Positions 1 through 13,881 are shown, counted from the first letter of the whole stretch. The stretch is DNA of 63,723 bases, filler included, from Octopus bimaculoides (GCF_001194135.2; 5 parts of 4 records of this genome joined end to end with filler, not necessarily neighbours in it); one strand, 5' to 3'. Made by a program: numbers and translations. Notes: generated by a model not told the origin, from the letters alone.

Positions 1-72
1 GAGAGATGAGTGTTGACATACATATGTATATGTATACATATAAGTATGTGTGTATGAACGTACGTATGTTTG

Positions 73-108
<36 letters not shown>

Positions 109-348
109 TGTATGTTATATATGTAATGTATGTATGTATGTATGTATGTGTGTGTGTATGTATGTATTAAGGCATTGCCAACAGTATTTTCTTATGACAA
201 AAATCATCTATAACCACATAAGATATGCATTCAGATATACAAATATTCTTATACACATACATGCACGCGCACGCGCGCGCACACAAATTTCATCAAATGA
301 ATAAAATAGGAATCTTTAATACATGTTGCAGAGTAGAGTTATTTGAAC

Positions 349-388
<40 letters not shown>

Positions 389-701
389 TTATTCCGTGGA
401 TCGGGTTTCACACCACTGCGATCTTCAGGCAAGAACTTCCGATTTAAATTCCCTCCAAAGTTAAGTTTTCACTTCATTCTTTATGATAGTCTCTCACTTT
501 TATACCGATAGTAATTCTTTTTATCTTCAAGGAAGAAATCGGAAACATTGATGCCACCACGTCTACATACATTAAAGTTAAGCCGTGTGTCAAGACGGCA
601 CCCTTCTGACTCCAGTAAAAGTTTGAAAGTCCTTATAAGGAAGGAAGACGGGTACACAGGTACGTAGGCACAGACACACGCATGCATAGACAGACAGAAT
701 G

Positions 702-759
<58 letters not shown>

Positions 760-989
760 CATACATACATACATACTCAAGCGCCAAGCATAATGTTTTG
801 TAGTATTTCTTCCGGCTATCTGATAGCTGAATTCAAAGTTTGTTGAAATCACTGGTACATTCAGCAAATGTCATCAAATGTCTTACACATTTTAGTTTCA
901 CCTCTTCATATGTTGTGTTCAAATACCGAAGAAGTCAATTTCTTTTTCATTTTTCCAGGTTCGATGAAATACGTAGCTGGACATTACTG

Positions 990-1190
990 TCTCTTGTCCA
1001 AGGAGTTCATAGGGCCACCCCTGAACAGGACGTTAGTCCGACCTAGGGTTACACATTGACAGCTGAATGGACTGGAGCAACGCAGAATGAAGTGTTTTCC
1101 TCAAGAACAGCACGCCGCCCGGTTCGGGAAACTATACCGCGTTCTTGCAATCATGAGTGCAACACCCTAACCATAGGTCACGCGTCTGGG
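990..1190 (-). mobile_element. tRNA-derived SINE (family C), degenerate
   Basis: The reverse strand reads gcgtgacctatggttagggtgttgcactcatgattgcaag, a tRNA-like head with an A box, then cttgaggaaaacacttcattctgcgttgctccagtccattcagctg. This matches the copies at 45793 and 49410. Confidence 0.6.
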
Positions 1191-1377
1191 GTCAATATAA
1201 TTTCATCAGAATATCTGGCTTTGACATTGTGCCATCACAAGTGACTTTCTTGTTGAAATTCCAAGTGATAAATAAACTGCGGATTGAGAAAATGCGTTTC
1301 TGAATTTGTTAAGGTTTTTCTCATTCTGAGTTCGAATCCCACTAATATCAGCTTTGCATTTTGTCTTTTATATAGAA

Positions 1378-1500
1378 AGGCGCGTGGCCCAGTGGTTAGT
1401 GAGTTACACTCGCGATCGCGAGATCGTAGTTTCGACTCCAGGATCGGGTGAAATGCATTGTTCTTGAGCAAAACACTTTGTTTCACTCACGATGGATTGA
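1378..1500 (+). mobile_element. tRNA-derived SINE head (family C)
   Basis: A box TGGCCCAGTGG and B box GTTTCGACTCC, followed by ttcttgagcaaaacactt. Confidence 0.6.
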
Positions 1501-2100
1501 GATCCCATTCGAAGAGAATGCCGTATCCCTGATCACTTATACGTCATGATAACCAGGTAACCGGGTATGTGTGTCCTCGGCTTCTTTCTTGGTCGATAAA
1601 ATAAGGAACCAGTCAAGTACTGAACAATATAATCAACAGCTAAACTCCTCGAACGACGAGCAAAATGCATTGCAATATTTATTCCGACTCTTTTGATCTT
1701 GAGCTCAAATTTTATCGAGGTCAGCCTTGACTGCCATTTTTACTGGGTCGATAAAATAGAGAACCTATCTAGCACTAGATTGATGTAAACATCTACATTC
1801 CTCGAGCGTCGGATAAAGTGGTTGGTGCCAATAGTTCCGTCTCTTTTACGTTCTGAGTTCAAATCCGGCTCTGACAGCTTTGATTTTCATCCTTCCTGAG
1901 TCAAAAAATAAAATGCCAGTCACGTACTGGAGACGGTTTAATAAACTAATATCTCCTTCAAATTTTCTAGCCATATAATTATGTTACAAATTGTTACCAT
2001 TAACAATGTTGCCGATGATTTGTTTTTGGAATCCTGTTCTGTACATTACTATTAATACAGAGCTTTCTGTTTCCCTCTGCAAGCATCCGCCTTCCGTAAG

Positions 2101-2198
2101 TTAATAATCCAATTTTTTGTTTGATGGGAATTTTGTTGTTGCTATTATTGTTGGGTGGAGTTACTGTCATATTATGGAGAAGATACCCTAAGTTATAT
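2101..2198 (+). CDS. candidate coding exon encoding a transmembrane helix (unverified)
   Basis: Pyrimidine-rich acceptor ...ccttccgtaag|, open frame xNNPIFCLMGILLLLLLLGGVTVILWRRYPKLY (hydrophobic stretch plus basic stop-transfer), donor |gtatca. No homology recognised. Confidence 0.2.
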
Positions 2199-2707
2199 GT
2201 ATCAATTGTCCACAACAATTGTTATATCTATCGCAGGGGATGGTGTAATATTTCTATTCTAGTTGCACCGATTATCTATCCCTATTATCATAAACTGTTT
2301 GTTAACTTATCAACGTGCTGAAAGTCCTTTGACTTCTCATATCTCTACTTTCCGTATTTAAATTTCCCCTATTCCGAAACTCTTTGTCTCTGTCTCATGA
2401 GAGTGATCCAATTTCTTTCTCTCAAAGCAAACCATATTAACAACAAAACTTTTATAATTTTATCCCGGACACCAACGACAGTCATATGTGTGTATATGAG
2501 AAATACACACATTACGTTCAATAGGAGAAGTAATTTAGAAATAATAAAGCATCTTTTTTGTTTGTTTTCGGAACACCAGTATAACGCGTGATGCGGTTTG
2601 CAAAATATTCTCGCTTCATATTAATCGCTTGAAACAGAGCAATTAAAAATGCTGTTACATTATCTTGAGATTCAATTATCACAGATTTGTCTGTCGATTC
2701 CTCATAG

Positions 2708-2766
2708 ACCCATTTTCATGAGATCCGCAGAGAAATGTTCTTAAGAACAGCAATTGAAGAGACTGG
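2708..2766 (+). CDS. candidate coding exon (unverified)
   Basis: Acceptor tttgtctgtcgattcctcatag|, open frame THFHEIRREMFLRTAIEETG, donor |gtattt. The phase is compatible with the 2101-2198 candidate. Confidence 0.12.
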
Positions 2767-3910
2767 GTATTTATTCTACACTAGAATAATTCGCTTTTTC
2801 GGTATTCTGCATTTTTCTTCCTTTATAGAAATTACAACAAGGAATTTTGTTTTAATCGAGGAATAAATGTGTCTTGTATTTTTATGTAGATTAAATAGAT
2901 TGGTAAATAAATAGACATATATATATATNNNNNNNNNNNNNNNNNNNNNNNNNNNNNNNNNNNNNNNNNNNNNNNNNNNNNNNNNNNNNNNNNNNNNNNN
3001 NNNNNNNNNNNNNNNNNNNNNNNNNNNNNNNNNNNNNNNNNNNNNNNNNNNNNNNNNNNNNNNNNNNNNNNNNNNNNNNNNNNNNNNNNNNNNNNNNNNN
3101 NNNNNNNNNNNNNNNNNNNNNNNNNNNNNNNNNNNNNNNNNNNNNNNNNNNNNNNNNNNNNNNNNNNNNNNNNNNNNNNNNNNNNNNNNNTGCATAAACT
3201 ATAAACGAGTGCAAACATGCACACACTCATATACACACGCAAACATATATACATATGCACACACACATATACGTATGCACATACACAGATACACACACAC
3301 GTATGGTCATATAAAATCAAGATACAATGCATCCTCCGTCGGTTTCGACGGCGAGTATTCAGCTGTTCTATCAGCATTTTAATGTAATGATAAGGCAGAA
3401 TCAATCTAGCACAATATATGACAACGTTGTACCTTTGAATTACTGGTACATTTTATCTGATGGGCTTCTACACAGTTTCTGTCGTCGCAATTTCGCCCAC
3501 AAGGCTTGAAGCCCGCTTGAATTTATAGAGAAGGAGATTTATCCAAGTTTAATGCGACAGAAACACGGTATCTAACTACAAGACGAAGAGGTTCCCAGCT
3601 GGAACGTTTTTTGGAGGGTATTTTTTGGTAGTTTTTTCGATCGGAGTTGACTTTCGGTTCAATACCATGAACTTCTAAGCTATAAATCAGTGAATAAGGG
3701 AAGCCTCTACAGGGTTGCTCAACCTACTAAAAACGGCATAAACAGCAAAATGGAGAATGAAACAACGAAGACGAGAAATAAAGCAAAGAGAGGGAGGAAG
3801 GAGAGAGAGGGTAAGAGATGGAAATATTATGGAAAGGTATTAAGATTTTGTAAAGAGTAAGATAGTGGGAGATGAGAGACATATGAATACACAAATATAC
3901 ATACATACAA

Positions 3911-3945
<35 letters not shown>

Positions 3946-4410
3946 NNNNNNNNNNNNNNNNNNNNNNNNNNNNNNNNNNNNNNNNNNNNNNNNNNNNNNN
4001 NNNNNNNNNNNNNNNNNNNNNNNNNNNNNNNNNNNNNNNNNNNNNNNNNNNNNNNNNNNNNNNNNNNNNNNNNNNNNNNNNNNNNNNNNNNNNNNNNNNN
4101 NNNNNNNNNNNNNNNNNNNNNNNNNNNNNNNNNNNNNNNNNNNNNNNNNNNNNNNNNNNNNNNNNNNNNNNNNNNNNNNNNNNNNNNNNNNNNNNNNNNN
4201 NNNNNNNNNNNNNNNNNNNNNNNNNNNNNNNNNNNNNNNNNNNNNNNNNNNNNNNNNNNNNNNNNNNNNNNNNNNNNNNNNNNNNNNNNNNNNNNNNNNN
4301 NNNNNNNNNNNNNNNNNNNNNNNNNNNNNNNNNNNNNNNNNNNNNNNNNNNNNNNNNNNNNNNNNNNNNNNNNNNNNNNNNNNNNNNNNNNNNNNNNNNN
4401 NNNNNNNNNN

Positions 4411-4464
<54 letters not shown>

Positions 4465-4889
4465 CACTATTACATAAACCTTAATAGACAACATTGGAGA
4501 GAAGCTCTAATGTGCCTATCGGGAGCATATCAATTTTGCAATCCACTTTTCCGACAGCAATTATTTCAGACACGGTGGTGCACCAGCATGACCGCAGCCA
4601 CTTGGCTGAAACACATAAATAAATAAATATAATTCTAAATCTACTTCATGAAGGCCATTGGAGCATGATCCGAATGAAACAAATGAGTTGTAAGAATTTC
4701 TGTTAATCGAAAATACAATGCAACATAGATTCGTAATGTTGAGCAAGTCTATCGCTTACTCTTGCAGTTAATAAAGTATATAACGAATGACCGAAACATC
4801 AGGACCTTTGTCATATCCACCACAACGTTTGATCATTTTCATATAAAATACGACCTAGTGTCACTGATTCATTCTCGAAATTTCCATAC

Positions 4890-5022
4890 GGTGCAGGTAT
4901 GGTTGCTTGGTTAAGAAGCTCACTTCGCAACTACTTAGTTTCGGGATCAATTCCACTTCTTGGCAGTGTCTTCTACTATAGACCAGTCCGACCAATACTT
5001 TGCGAATGAATTTGGTTGACAG

Positions 5023-5067
<45 letters not shown>

Positions 5068-5110
5068 TGTGTTCTTTTGTGTCTGTGTATCTCCCCCCAC
5101 CACTGGATAG
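4890..5110 (+). mobile_element. tRNA-derived SINE (family B), 5' part
   Basis: ggtgcaggtatggttgcttggttaagaagctcac...ttctactatagaccagtccgaccaatactttgcgaatgaatttggttgacag followed by an internal (TG)n tract, as in the copy at 48446. Confidence 0.6.
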
Positions 5111-5759
5111 NNNNNNNNNNNNNNNNNNNNNNNNNNNNNNNNNNNNNNNNNNNNNNNNNNNNNNNNNNNNNNNNNNNNNNNNNNNNNNNNNNNNNNNNNN
5201 NNNNNNNNNNNNNNNNNNNNNNNNNNNNNNNNNNNNNNNNNNNNNNNNNNNNNNNNNNNNNNNNNNNNNNNNNNNNNNNNNNNNNNNNNNNNNNNNNNNN
5301 NNNNNNNNNNNNNNNNNNNNNNNNNNNNNNNNNNNNNNNNNNNNNNNNNNNNNNNNNNNNNNNNNNNNNNNNNNNNNNNNNNNNNNNNNNNNNNNNNNNN
5401 NNNNNNNNNNNNNNNNNNNNNNNNNNNNNNNNNNNNNNNNNNNNNNNNNNNNNNNNNNNNNNNNNNNNNNNNNNNNNNNNNNNNNNNNNNNNNNNNNNNN
5501 NNNNNNNNNNNNNNNNNNNNNNNNNNNNNNNNNNNNNNNNNNNNNNNNNNNNNNNNNNNNNNNNNNNNNNNNNNNNNNNNNNNNNNNNNNNNNNNNNNNN
5601 NNNNNNNNNNNNNNNNNNNNNNNNNNNNNNNNNNNNNNNNNNNNNNNNNNNNNNNNNNNNNNNNNNNNNNNNNNNNNNNNNNNNNNNNNNNNNNNNNNNN
5701 NNNNNNNNNNNNNNNNNNNNNNNNNNNNNNNNNNNNNNNNNNNNNNNNNNNNNNNNNNN

Positions 5760-5813
<54 letters not shown>

Positions 5814-6251
5814 CCCATATCTTTTGGTACCAATGATCAGTTGAAGGAAAATTTGCAAGTAAAAAATGATGCACGACTGGTAACCCTGAGCGATTATGCT
5901 ATTATTGTTGCTGCTAAAATTAGATCAAATCGCGAACAAACTGACCAACAAGTTTCAATAGAATAGACCACACAATAGATTAAATAATCGGTTAGTATTT
6001 ACTGAATCTTGTTTTCCGAAACAAAACTAAGAAAACTTGTGGCAAATTTAAGAAGAAATTGGGTTCGATAATGAGCTTCATAAAAATAGGTAAAAATATA
6101 TAGAACCGGTACCAGACATAGATTCGGTTGCGAGTTTGTCCGGTGCCATTGTCGACCAGACAAACATTACAGAAATTCAATGAGACTATTCGATGGCTGA
6201 TCGTTGAACAAGACCGATGTTCCGTGTTTATTGTTATTATTGTCCAAGCAG

Positions 6252-6478
6252 AAGGTAGCGAGCTGGCAGAATTGTTAGCACGCCGGGCGAAATATTTAGC
6301 GGTATTTCGTCTACCGCTACGTTCTGAGTTCAAATTCCGCCGAGGTTGGCTTTGCCTTTCATCCTTTCGGGGTCGATGAAATAAGTACCAGTTACGTACT
6401 GGAGTCGATATAATCGACTAGCCCCCTTCTCCCAAAATTTCCAAGGCTTTGTGCCTTGAGTAGAAATAAAATAATTAT
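6252..6478 (+). mobile_element. tRNA-derived SINE (family A), well preserved; a second copy follows at 6480-6587
   Basis: ggtagcgagctggcagaattgttagcacgccgggcgaaat...ctgagttcaaattccgccgagg...cctttcggggtcgatgaaataagtaccag. More than 20 related copies occur in the window. Confidence 0.8.
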
Positions 6479-7252
6479 TGTCCCAGCAGTGTAGACGGCG
6501 TGCTAGCAGAATCATTACCACGATAAGCAAAACGCTAGGAGGCGTTTCGAACCGTCTCTACTTTCTGAATTCGAATTCCGCCGGGGTNNNNNNNNNNNNN
6601 NNNNNNNNNNNNNNNNNNNNNNNNNNNNNNNNNNNNNNNNNNNNNNNNNNNNNNNNNNNNNNNNNNNNNNNNNNNNNNNNNNNNNNNNNNNNNNNNNNNN
6701 NNNNNNNNNNNNNNNNNNNNNNNNNNNNNNNNNNNNNNNNNNNNNNNNNNNNNNNNNNNNNNNNNNNNNNNNNNNNNNNNNNNNNNNNNNNNNNNNNNNN
6801 NNNNNNNNNNNNNNNNNNNNNNNNNNNNNNNNNNNNNNNNNNNNNNNNNNNNNNNNNNNNNNNNNNNNNNNNNNNNNNNNNNNNNNNNNNNNNNNNNNNN
6901 NNNNNNNNNNNNNNNNNNNNNNNNNNNNNNNNNNNNNNNNNNNNNNNNNNNNNNNNNNNNNNNNNNNNNNNNNNNNNNNNNNNNNNNNNNNNNNNNNNNN
7001 NNNNNNNNNNNNNNNNNNNNNNNNNNNNNNNNNNNNNNNNNNNNNNNNNNNNNNNNNNNNNNNNNNNNNNNNNNNNNNNNNNNNNNNNNNNNNNNNNNNN
7101 NNNNNNNNNNNNNNNNNNNNNNNNNNNNNNNNNNNNNNNNNNNNNNNNNNNNNNNNNNNNNNNNNNNNNNNNNNNNNNNNNNNNNNNNNNNNNNNNNNNN
7201 NNNNNNNNNNNNNNNNNNNNNNNNNNNNNNNNNNNNNNNNNNNNNNNNNNNN

Positions 7253-7339
<87 letters not shown>

Positions 7340-8965
7340 TCTTATATGCATATATATACATGTATACATACATATACATACATATATATACATATATATA
7401 TATACGTATACAGACATATATTTATATATATATACATATACACACACACACATATATAGGATATAAATTAATCTGTATATGTATATATGTATGTAAGTAT
7501 GTACTATGTAGGGAGGTAGGGAGGTAGGTATGTAGGTATGTAGGTAGGTAGGTAGGTAGGTAGGTAGGTACGTACGTACGTATGTACGTAAGTACGTAAG
7601 TAGGTGCATGTGTTTATGTGTGTATGTATATTTCTTAAATGCATTGAACAATAAAAGACAACACGGGAGGAACAAAGTTCAACAGATAAGGTTTTAGTTT
7701 AAATGTTTCAATGGAAAGAGAAAATGTTTTAACGTTTCTGACATTAATCTTTCATGAGGAGAAAGTTTTTAAAATAAAGTCCATGAAGAGAAAATAGCTG
7801 TGTTTCACGGATTTCAAAATAGAAATGACAATGTGTCTGTGCGTATCTGTGTATATGTGTTTGTGCGTGCATGTGCGTATAAATATATATATATAGAGAG
7901 AGAGAGAAGGTTCAAGGGGTGAGAGAATTATTTGTCGTATGTATTTCATAAGTATATTTCGCGCGTGTTTGTCACATATCTAGACTTTAATATTACACTC
8001 TTCAGATAAACTCGCTGGATTAATTTGGAGAACAATTCTTATTAATACAACAGAGCGAAAGCATGTTCCTTTTCTTTTCATTGTTTGTACTGAATGTTGT
8101 ATAACATATGTGAATAGCGACTTCTGGGAGAATTACTGAGATTCGAAAGCGCTTGTTGATAATTAAATTTAAAATCCTCTTATTTCTATGCTCCTATAAC
8201 GACTTCATGATTCTGTGTTCGTTTGCAGCTAGTGAACTAGGATACTTCCTCTAGAGAAAAAAGAAGTAAACTTTTATCTTAGAACAAAATGTATAATAAT
8301 AAATTAAATGAGAATTATTCTGACAGTTAATAAAAACAGCAAATACACACACACACACACACACACACANNNNNNNNNNNNNNNNNNNNNNNNNNNNNNN
8401 NNNNNNNNNNNNNNNNNNNNNNNNNNNNNNNNNNNNNNNNNNNNNNNNNNNNNNNNNNNNNNNNNNNNNNNNNNNNNNNNNNNNNNNNNNNNNNNNNNNN
8501 NNNNNNNNNNNNNNNNNNNNNNNNNNNNNNNNNNNNNNNNNNNNNNNNNNNNNNNNNNNNNNNNNNNNNNNNNNNNNNNNNNNNNNNNNNNNNNNNNNNN
8601 NNNNNNNNNNNNNNNNNNNNNNNNNNNNNNNNNNNNNNNNNNNNNNNNNNNNNNNNNNNNNNNNNNNNNNNNNNNNNNNNNNNNNNNNNNNNNNNNNNNN
8701 NNNNNNNNNNNNNNNNNNNNNNNNNNNNNNNNNNNNNNNNNNNNNNNNNNNNNNNNNNNNNNGTCCTGTCTAGAAAAGTGCATTTTCATTTCCTGTAATT
8801 CTTCACTCTTGTCTGAAACAAACAGGACACGGGAGCTATTTCTTTACGTTATATATATTTTTGTTTGTTACTTTTTGTTGTTATTATATTCTAGTGTTTT
8901 TTCCTCTAGTTCATTTCCGGTGACCCGACTCCCTCTCTCTCACTCTCTCTTTCACTCCTCATCTT

Positions 8966-9005
<40 letters not shown>

Positions 9006-9060
9006 TCTTTCTTTCTTTCTTTCTTTCTCAAGAAAGTAAAAGAAAAACATTTGGTGGCAC

Positions 9061-9190
9061 CTGATTCTTCCAGATTATATATTTTTGTCCTGTGATGCTG
9101 AAGACCTGGGTACCAACAAGCACATATTTCTTCTTCGTTCTCATTGTTGGATATCGTTTACACAAACCATCTAATGTGTTTATTTCTTTC
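9061..9190 (-). CDS. candidate coding exon (unverified)
   Basis: Minus-strand acceptor tttttgctttatag|, single open frame KEINTLDGLCKRYPTMRTKKKYVLVGTQVFSITGQKYIIWKNQ, weak donor |gtgcca. Confidence 0.15.
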
Positions 9191-9830
9191 CTATAAAGCA
9201 AAAATAACATATGGTCAATTTAACCGATTATTCACCTTCAAGAATTGTCCCTGCCACTTCTTTCATTTCCACTGATAAACATTACATGAAACTTCGAATA
9301 TAATGTTTTCAAAAGAAAATTTAGTGATTTTTCGAGGTAAAGAAAGCAGTCATGCTTTAGGCTGGGATATACATTGTAAACACTCTAACTTTTTGAAAGT
9401 GATACTTATTTATGTTACAAACACCAGCACGATAAACAGGTCAGTGATATGACCTTTCATCATCAGTGGTATCCATCAATTGGATATTAGTTCTGTTGAC
9501 CTTAGAGAAGGTAGGATTTGTTGGATTATGTGCTTCGGACTTGTGTTTCCTTTCAGTGGTTTGTGTGGTGTAAAGAAGTGTAATGGCATTTTTTAACGGG
9601 GTATTGAAAGCATATATGGTCTCGGTTAAACAGGACTTTGATTCTTAGTTTAGTGGTTATCTTGTGCCTAACATAGAATATATACACACACACGTACATA
9701 CATACATCCATATAAACATACATGCATACATGCATACATACATACATACATACATACACGCTCACACATACGCATGCATGCATACATGTATGTGTGTGAG
9801 TGCAAGTATGTATATATGTATCTATGTTTC

Positions 9831-10056
9831 CTTTTATTCTTTTACTTGTTTCAGTCATTTGACTGCGGCCATGCTGGAGCACCGTCTTGTTGTAGTCGAA
9901 CAAATCGACACCAGGACTTATTTTTTAAGCTTGGTACTTATTCTTTCGTTTTTTTTTTCTTTTTTTGCCGAACTTCTAGGTTACGGGAAGTTTACACACC
10001 AACACCGGTTGTCAAGCGGTGATGGGGGACAAACACAGACACAAGGACACACACAA

Positions 10057-10093
<37 letters not shown>

Positions 10094-10250
10094 AATATAT
10101 ACACATGGGCTTCTTTCAGTTTCCATATACCAAATCCACTCACAGTCCGAGACTATAGTAGACGACACTTGCCTAAGGTTCCTCACAGTAGGACTGAACC
10201 CGGAACCATGTGGTTGGGAAGCAAGCTTCTTACTACACAGTTGCGCCTGT
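9831..10250 (-). mobile_element. tRNA-derived SINE (family B), full length
   Basis: The reverse strand runs from the head (aggcgcaactgtgtagtaagaagcttgcttcccaaccacatggttccgggttcagtcc) through internal (TG)n to the tail ggtgctccagcatggccgcagtcaaatgactgaaacaagtaaaaga. Confidence 0.8.
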
Positions 10251-11855
10251 GCCTATGTGCGTGCGTGCGTGTGTGTGTGTATCTTATGTATATATGTATG
10301 TATTTATGTACGCATGCATGCATGCATGTAAGCATGTATGCATGTATGTATATATGTATGTATGTATGTCATAGACACAGTTTGACAGGAATGTAAGCCT
10401 TAGTTTTGAAGAAAGAAAGAAAGAAAGAAAGACGCTAGAGTTACGAAACTGATGGAAGATATGTTGGGATGATTAAGGGAAGCGAGGTGTTATAAAACCA
10501 TGTCCAAGGTGGCAGTGTGGGCTCCATGCTTAATAAATTCAAACCCATTCTGTTGAATGCATGGCATCGTGTTTCTATTTAGAAACACTTTCCACCGGTG
10601 TCCACTAACAGGCGAGTGAGAATAGAATTAACGAAGCACATCAAAAGTTCTTGTAAAGTAATATCTTGGAGCTTGGCCCGGATCCAATTCTTATAATGAA
10701 GGAGAAGTAGAGAAAGGAATATGGGTGTCATACGAATATTTAATCATAGAGTTTAACAATTTAGATTTTCTCTTAATAGCAAGGCAGAATTAAACGTAAT
10801 TTTAAAATTACTAAAACCTTATTACTCAAAAAGCGCCACTAATACAAGACATTCTTGGCAGTTTCTAATTAAAAGACATAAAAGTTGCTTCTTGTTCAAA
10901 GAAACAAATCGATTTACGCGTCTTATTCAGTCCTTGCCCCATTGTCGAACACCTCAAATCGATATGAAAATAAAATTGAAGGAATAAAGTTATATTACAC
11001 GTATTAGTCTGTATGGCGGATATTCTTCAATGCACGTCTCATAGCTTAGAGCTATTTCGGGTAACCATAATACCTTTACGAATAACCTGGAATTATGCTG
11101 TCTAGTAAAGCGGGGAGCAGTCACAATTAAAAAGAGCATATATTCCAGATATTTAAATATTAGACATAATCATGAAACGACGACACAACTTCTAAACATT
11201 GTAAGAAATATTTCCAATTGAAATACCGTCAAGTTAATACATGGAATGAAAGAAATTTTATAAATTGGTTTGTTCTTGTCGCAAAAGAGAGACGATAAAG
11301 AATAGGGCTTGTGAAATGGAAAATATTTAAAAGTCATCTTTGTTTTCAACTCCATATTTAACAGCCAAAGAAACTATAACTTTAAGAAATGCTGCTCTGG
11401 ATGATAATAAAAGGTATAGTGGTGACATAAAGGATGGCTGTGTGCATCAATGGTTGGAAGATGGAGCAGAAATTGTATAACACCGACATCAACAATATAG
11501 AAATGCATCGACTGTTTCGACTAAATTGAATCAACTGCGTCAACATACCAATCACAAAGACGAGCATCTCTGAGTTCACTCGAACCGCTGGATGTAGCAG
11601 CTACTTCTACCTCAATTCATATTCAGCAATCTTTAAACAAGACTAGCAGACAGACTTTCAAAAATAAAGGATGAGTTTGAAACAGCATTTGATGGTCACG
11701 GTTAGAACTTAATTTCAGCATAAAACAATATTTTACTGTTTTATGCTGAAATTAAATTTGATTTTAGATTTATTCTATGTTTAGATCGATTATATTAGTT
11801 CCATCGTCATAATGAAAAGAATATCAAAAGTATTTCACCTTCAGATATGATCCCG

Positions 11856-11901
<46 letters not shown>

Positions 11902-12047
11902 ATGTGTGTAATCTGTGATTGGCAATAGTTACAAAATAACTCAAAAGCTGAGAGTTTCCTTCATGCCACTTACAAACCATGCACGAATTTCTCGACCCTT
12001 GAGTCACTATGTAGTTTCTACTGATTACAAATACTCTGTGTGTATGC

Positions 12048-12088
<41 letters not shown>

Positions 12089-12163
12089 ATGTGTGTGCGT
12101 GTATATATATATATAGTTGTGTGTGTATGTGCATATGTATACATATATGTGTATATATTCTTC

Positions 12164-12263
12164 CTCTCTGAAGATGGAATATTCCGCTACTATATGGATA
12201 ACACTTCTTTGTTCGCTGAGAAAACCAACACGTGATTGTCTATTCTGGAAACAACTGTAAGAG
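12164..12263 (+). ncRNA. type I hammerhead ribozyme motif with a long loop II
   Basis: Stem I CUCU/AGAG; core CUGAAGA (12168-12174); stem II UGGAAUA/UAUUCUG around a 59-nt loop; GAAA (12248-12251); near-palindromic stem III ACAACUGU; GUA^ triad with predicted cut after 12259. Confidence 0.6.
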
Positions 12264-13212
12264 ACTGCCTTCACACCTCCTTAATCTCTTATTTCTTACG
12301 ATATATTTTATTCTCGTAAATTTACCGTAGCAACTCAGCAAATAGGTTTAGATATATAAATTCCATGTTCTAAACTGATATTAGTTGTTTGTCTATTCAT
12401 TTTTTTTTCTTTTTACTGTATATATATATATATATNNNNNNNNNNNNNNNNNNNNNNNNNNNNNNNNNNNNNNNNNNNNNNNNNNNNNNNNNNNNNNNNN
12501 NNNNNNNNNNNNNNNNNNNNNNNNNNNNNNNNNNNNNNNNNNNNNNNNNNNNNNNNNNNATATATATACCTACACATTGTCTGTAATCATGACTATCTCG
12601 ACGCCAGAAGTACGATAGCTTTTATGCAAACAACACACGAACAAGTTGAAACTTTCACGAAGTACAACACATACGCGAGTACATGCATGTAAACATACGT
12701 ACGTACATACATATATATATATATATATGAACATATGTATGCTCACGCTCACACGCGTACTCATGAAATGTCTACATACATACCACACTTTCATAGATGT
12801 GTGTAACTAAACCTCTAGTCTGTTTACGGATCTGAGAATACTGTATATCTCCACATAACATTGTTTACTTACACCAATCCATATAGGCATATATTGACAA
12901 CGGCACTTGTTGTTATTACTTGATAGAGTGCTTAAGTTACTGAAATACTTTTCCCTCTTGCTTAAATCGAAGCCAGCTGTTAAAGGAAGCCAGATGAAAT
13001 AAATAAATACAATATTACAATATTATAGCGTAGATGTGGACTGTTCCGTTTTGTTTTGTTTTTTTCTTTTTCTTCTTTTACAGCGAGAGGACAATTCATT
13101 GTTAAATAACTCTGATTGCCGCTTCATATTATTTATGTTATTTTTATTTTAGTCTTTCTAAATACTGTTGTAAAAAGTAAAATGCCCACTTACTGCTTCT
13201 CATAGACTCTTT

Positions 13213-13252
<40 letters not shown>

Positions 13253-13782
13253 TACATGTATGTATGTAAGTATGTATGTATGCATATATATATATATANN
13301 NNNNNNNNNNNNNNNNNNNNNNNNNNNNNNNNNNNNNNNNNNNNNNNNNNNNNNNNNNNNNNNNNNNNNNNNNNNNNNNNNNNNNNNNNNNNNNNNNNNN
13401 NNNNNNNNNNNNNNNNNNNNNNNNNNNNNNNNNNNNNNNNNNNNNNNNNNNNNNNNNNNNNNNNNNNNNNNNNNNNNNNNNNNNNNNNNNNNNNNNNNNN
13501 NNNNNNNNNNNNNNNNNNNNNNNNNNNNNNNNNNNNNNNNNNNNNNNNNNNNNNNNNNNNNNNNNNNNNNNNNNNNNNNNNNNNNNNNNNNNNNNNNNNN
13601 NNNNNNNNNNNNNNNNNNNNNNNNNNNNNNNNNNNNNNNNNNNNNNNNNNNNNNNNNNNNNNNNNNNNNNNNNNNNNNNNNNNNNNNNNNNNNNNNNNNN
13701 NNNNNNNNNNNNNNNNNNNNNNNNNNNNNNNNNNNNNNNNNNNNNNNNNNNNNNNNNNNNNNNNNNNNNNNNNNNNNNNNNN

Positions 13783-13844
<62 letters not shown>

Positions 13845-13881
13845 GGTGGGAACGCTAAGCAGTGACGTGTATAAATGCAGT

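Noticed and set aside
481-650. Coding-looking stretch with possible acceptors on both strands
   Set aside because: Several incompatible frames are equally plausible and none is recognisable.
959-1059. Strong plus-strand acceptor followed by a short ORF
   Set aside because: The downstream sequence is the antisense tail of a family C SINE.
7945-8010. Minus-strand CTGAAGA-GTGT...ACAC-gcgc-GAAA motif
   Set aside because: Four extra nucleotides precede GAAA and stem III is mismatched; not convincing.
11382-11579. Hydrophobic 65-aa ORF, superficially GPCR-like
   Set aside because: It lacks GN/LAxxD-type motifs and clear splice sites.
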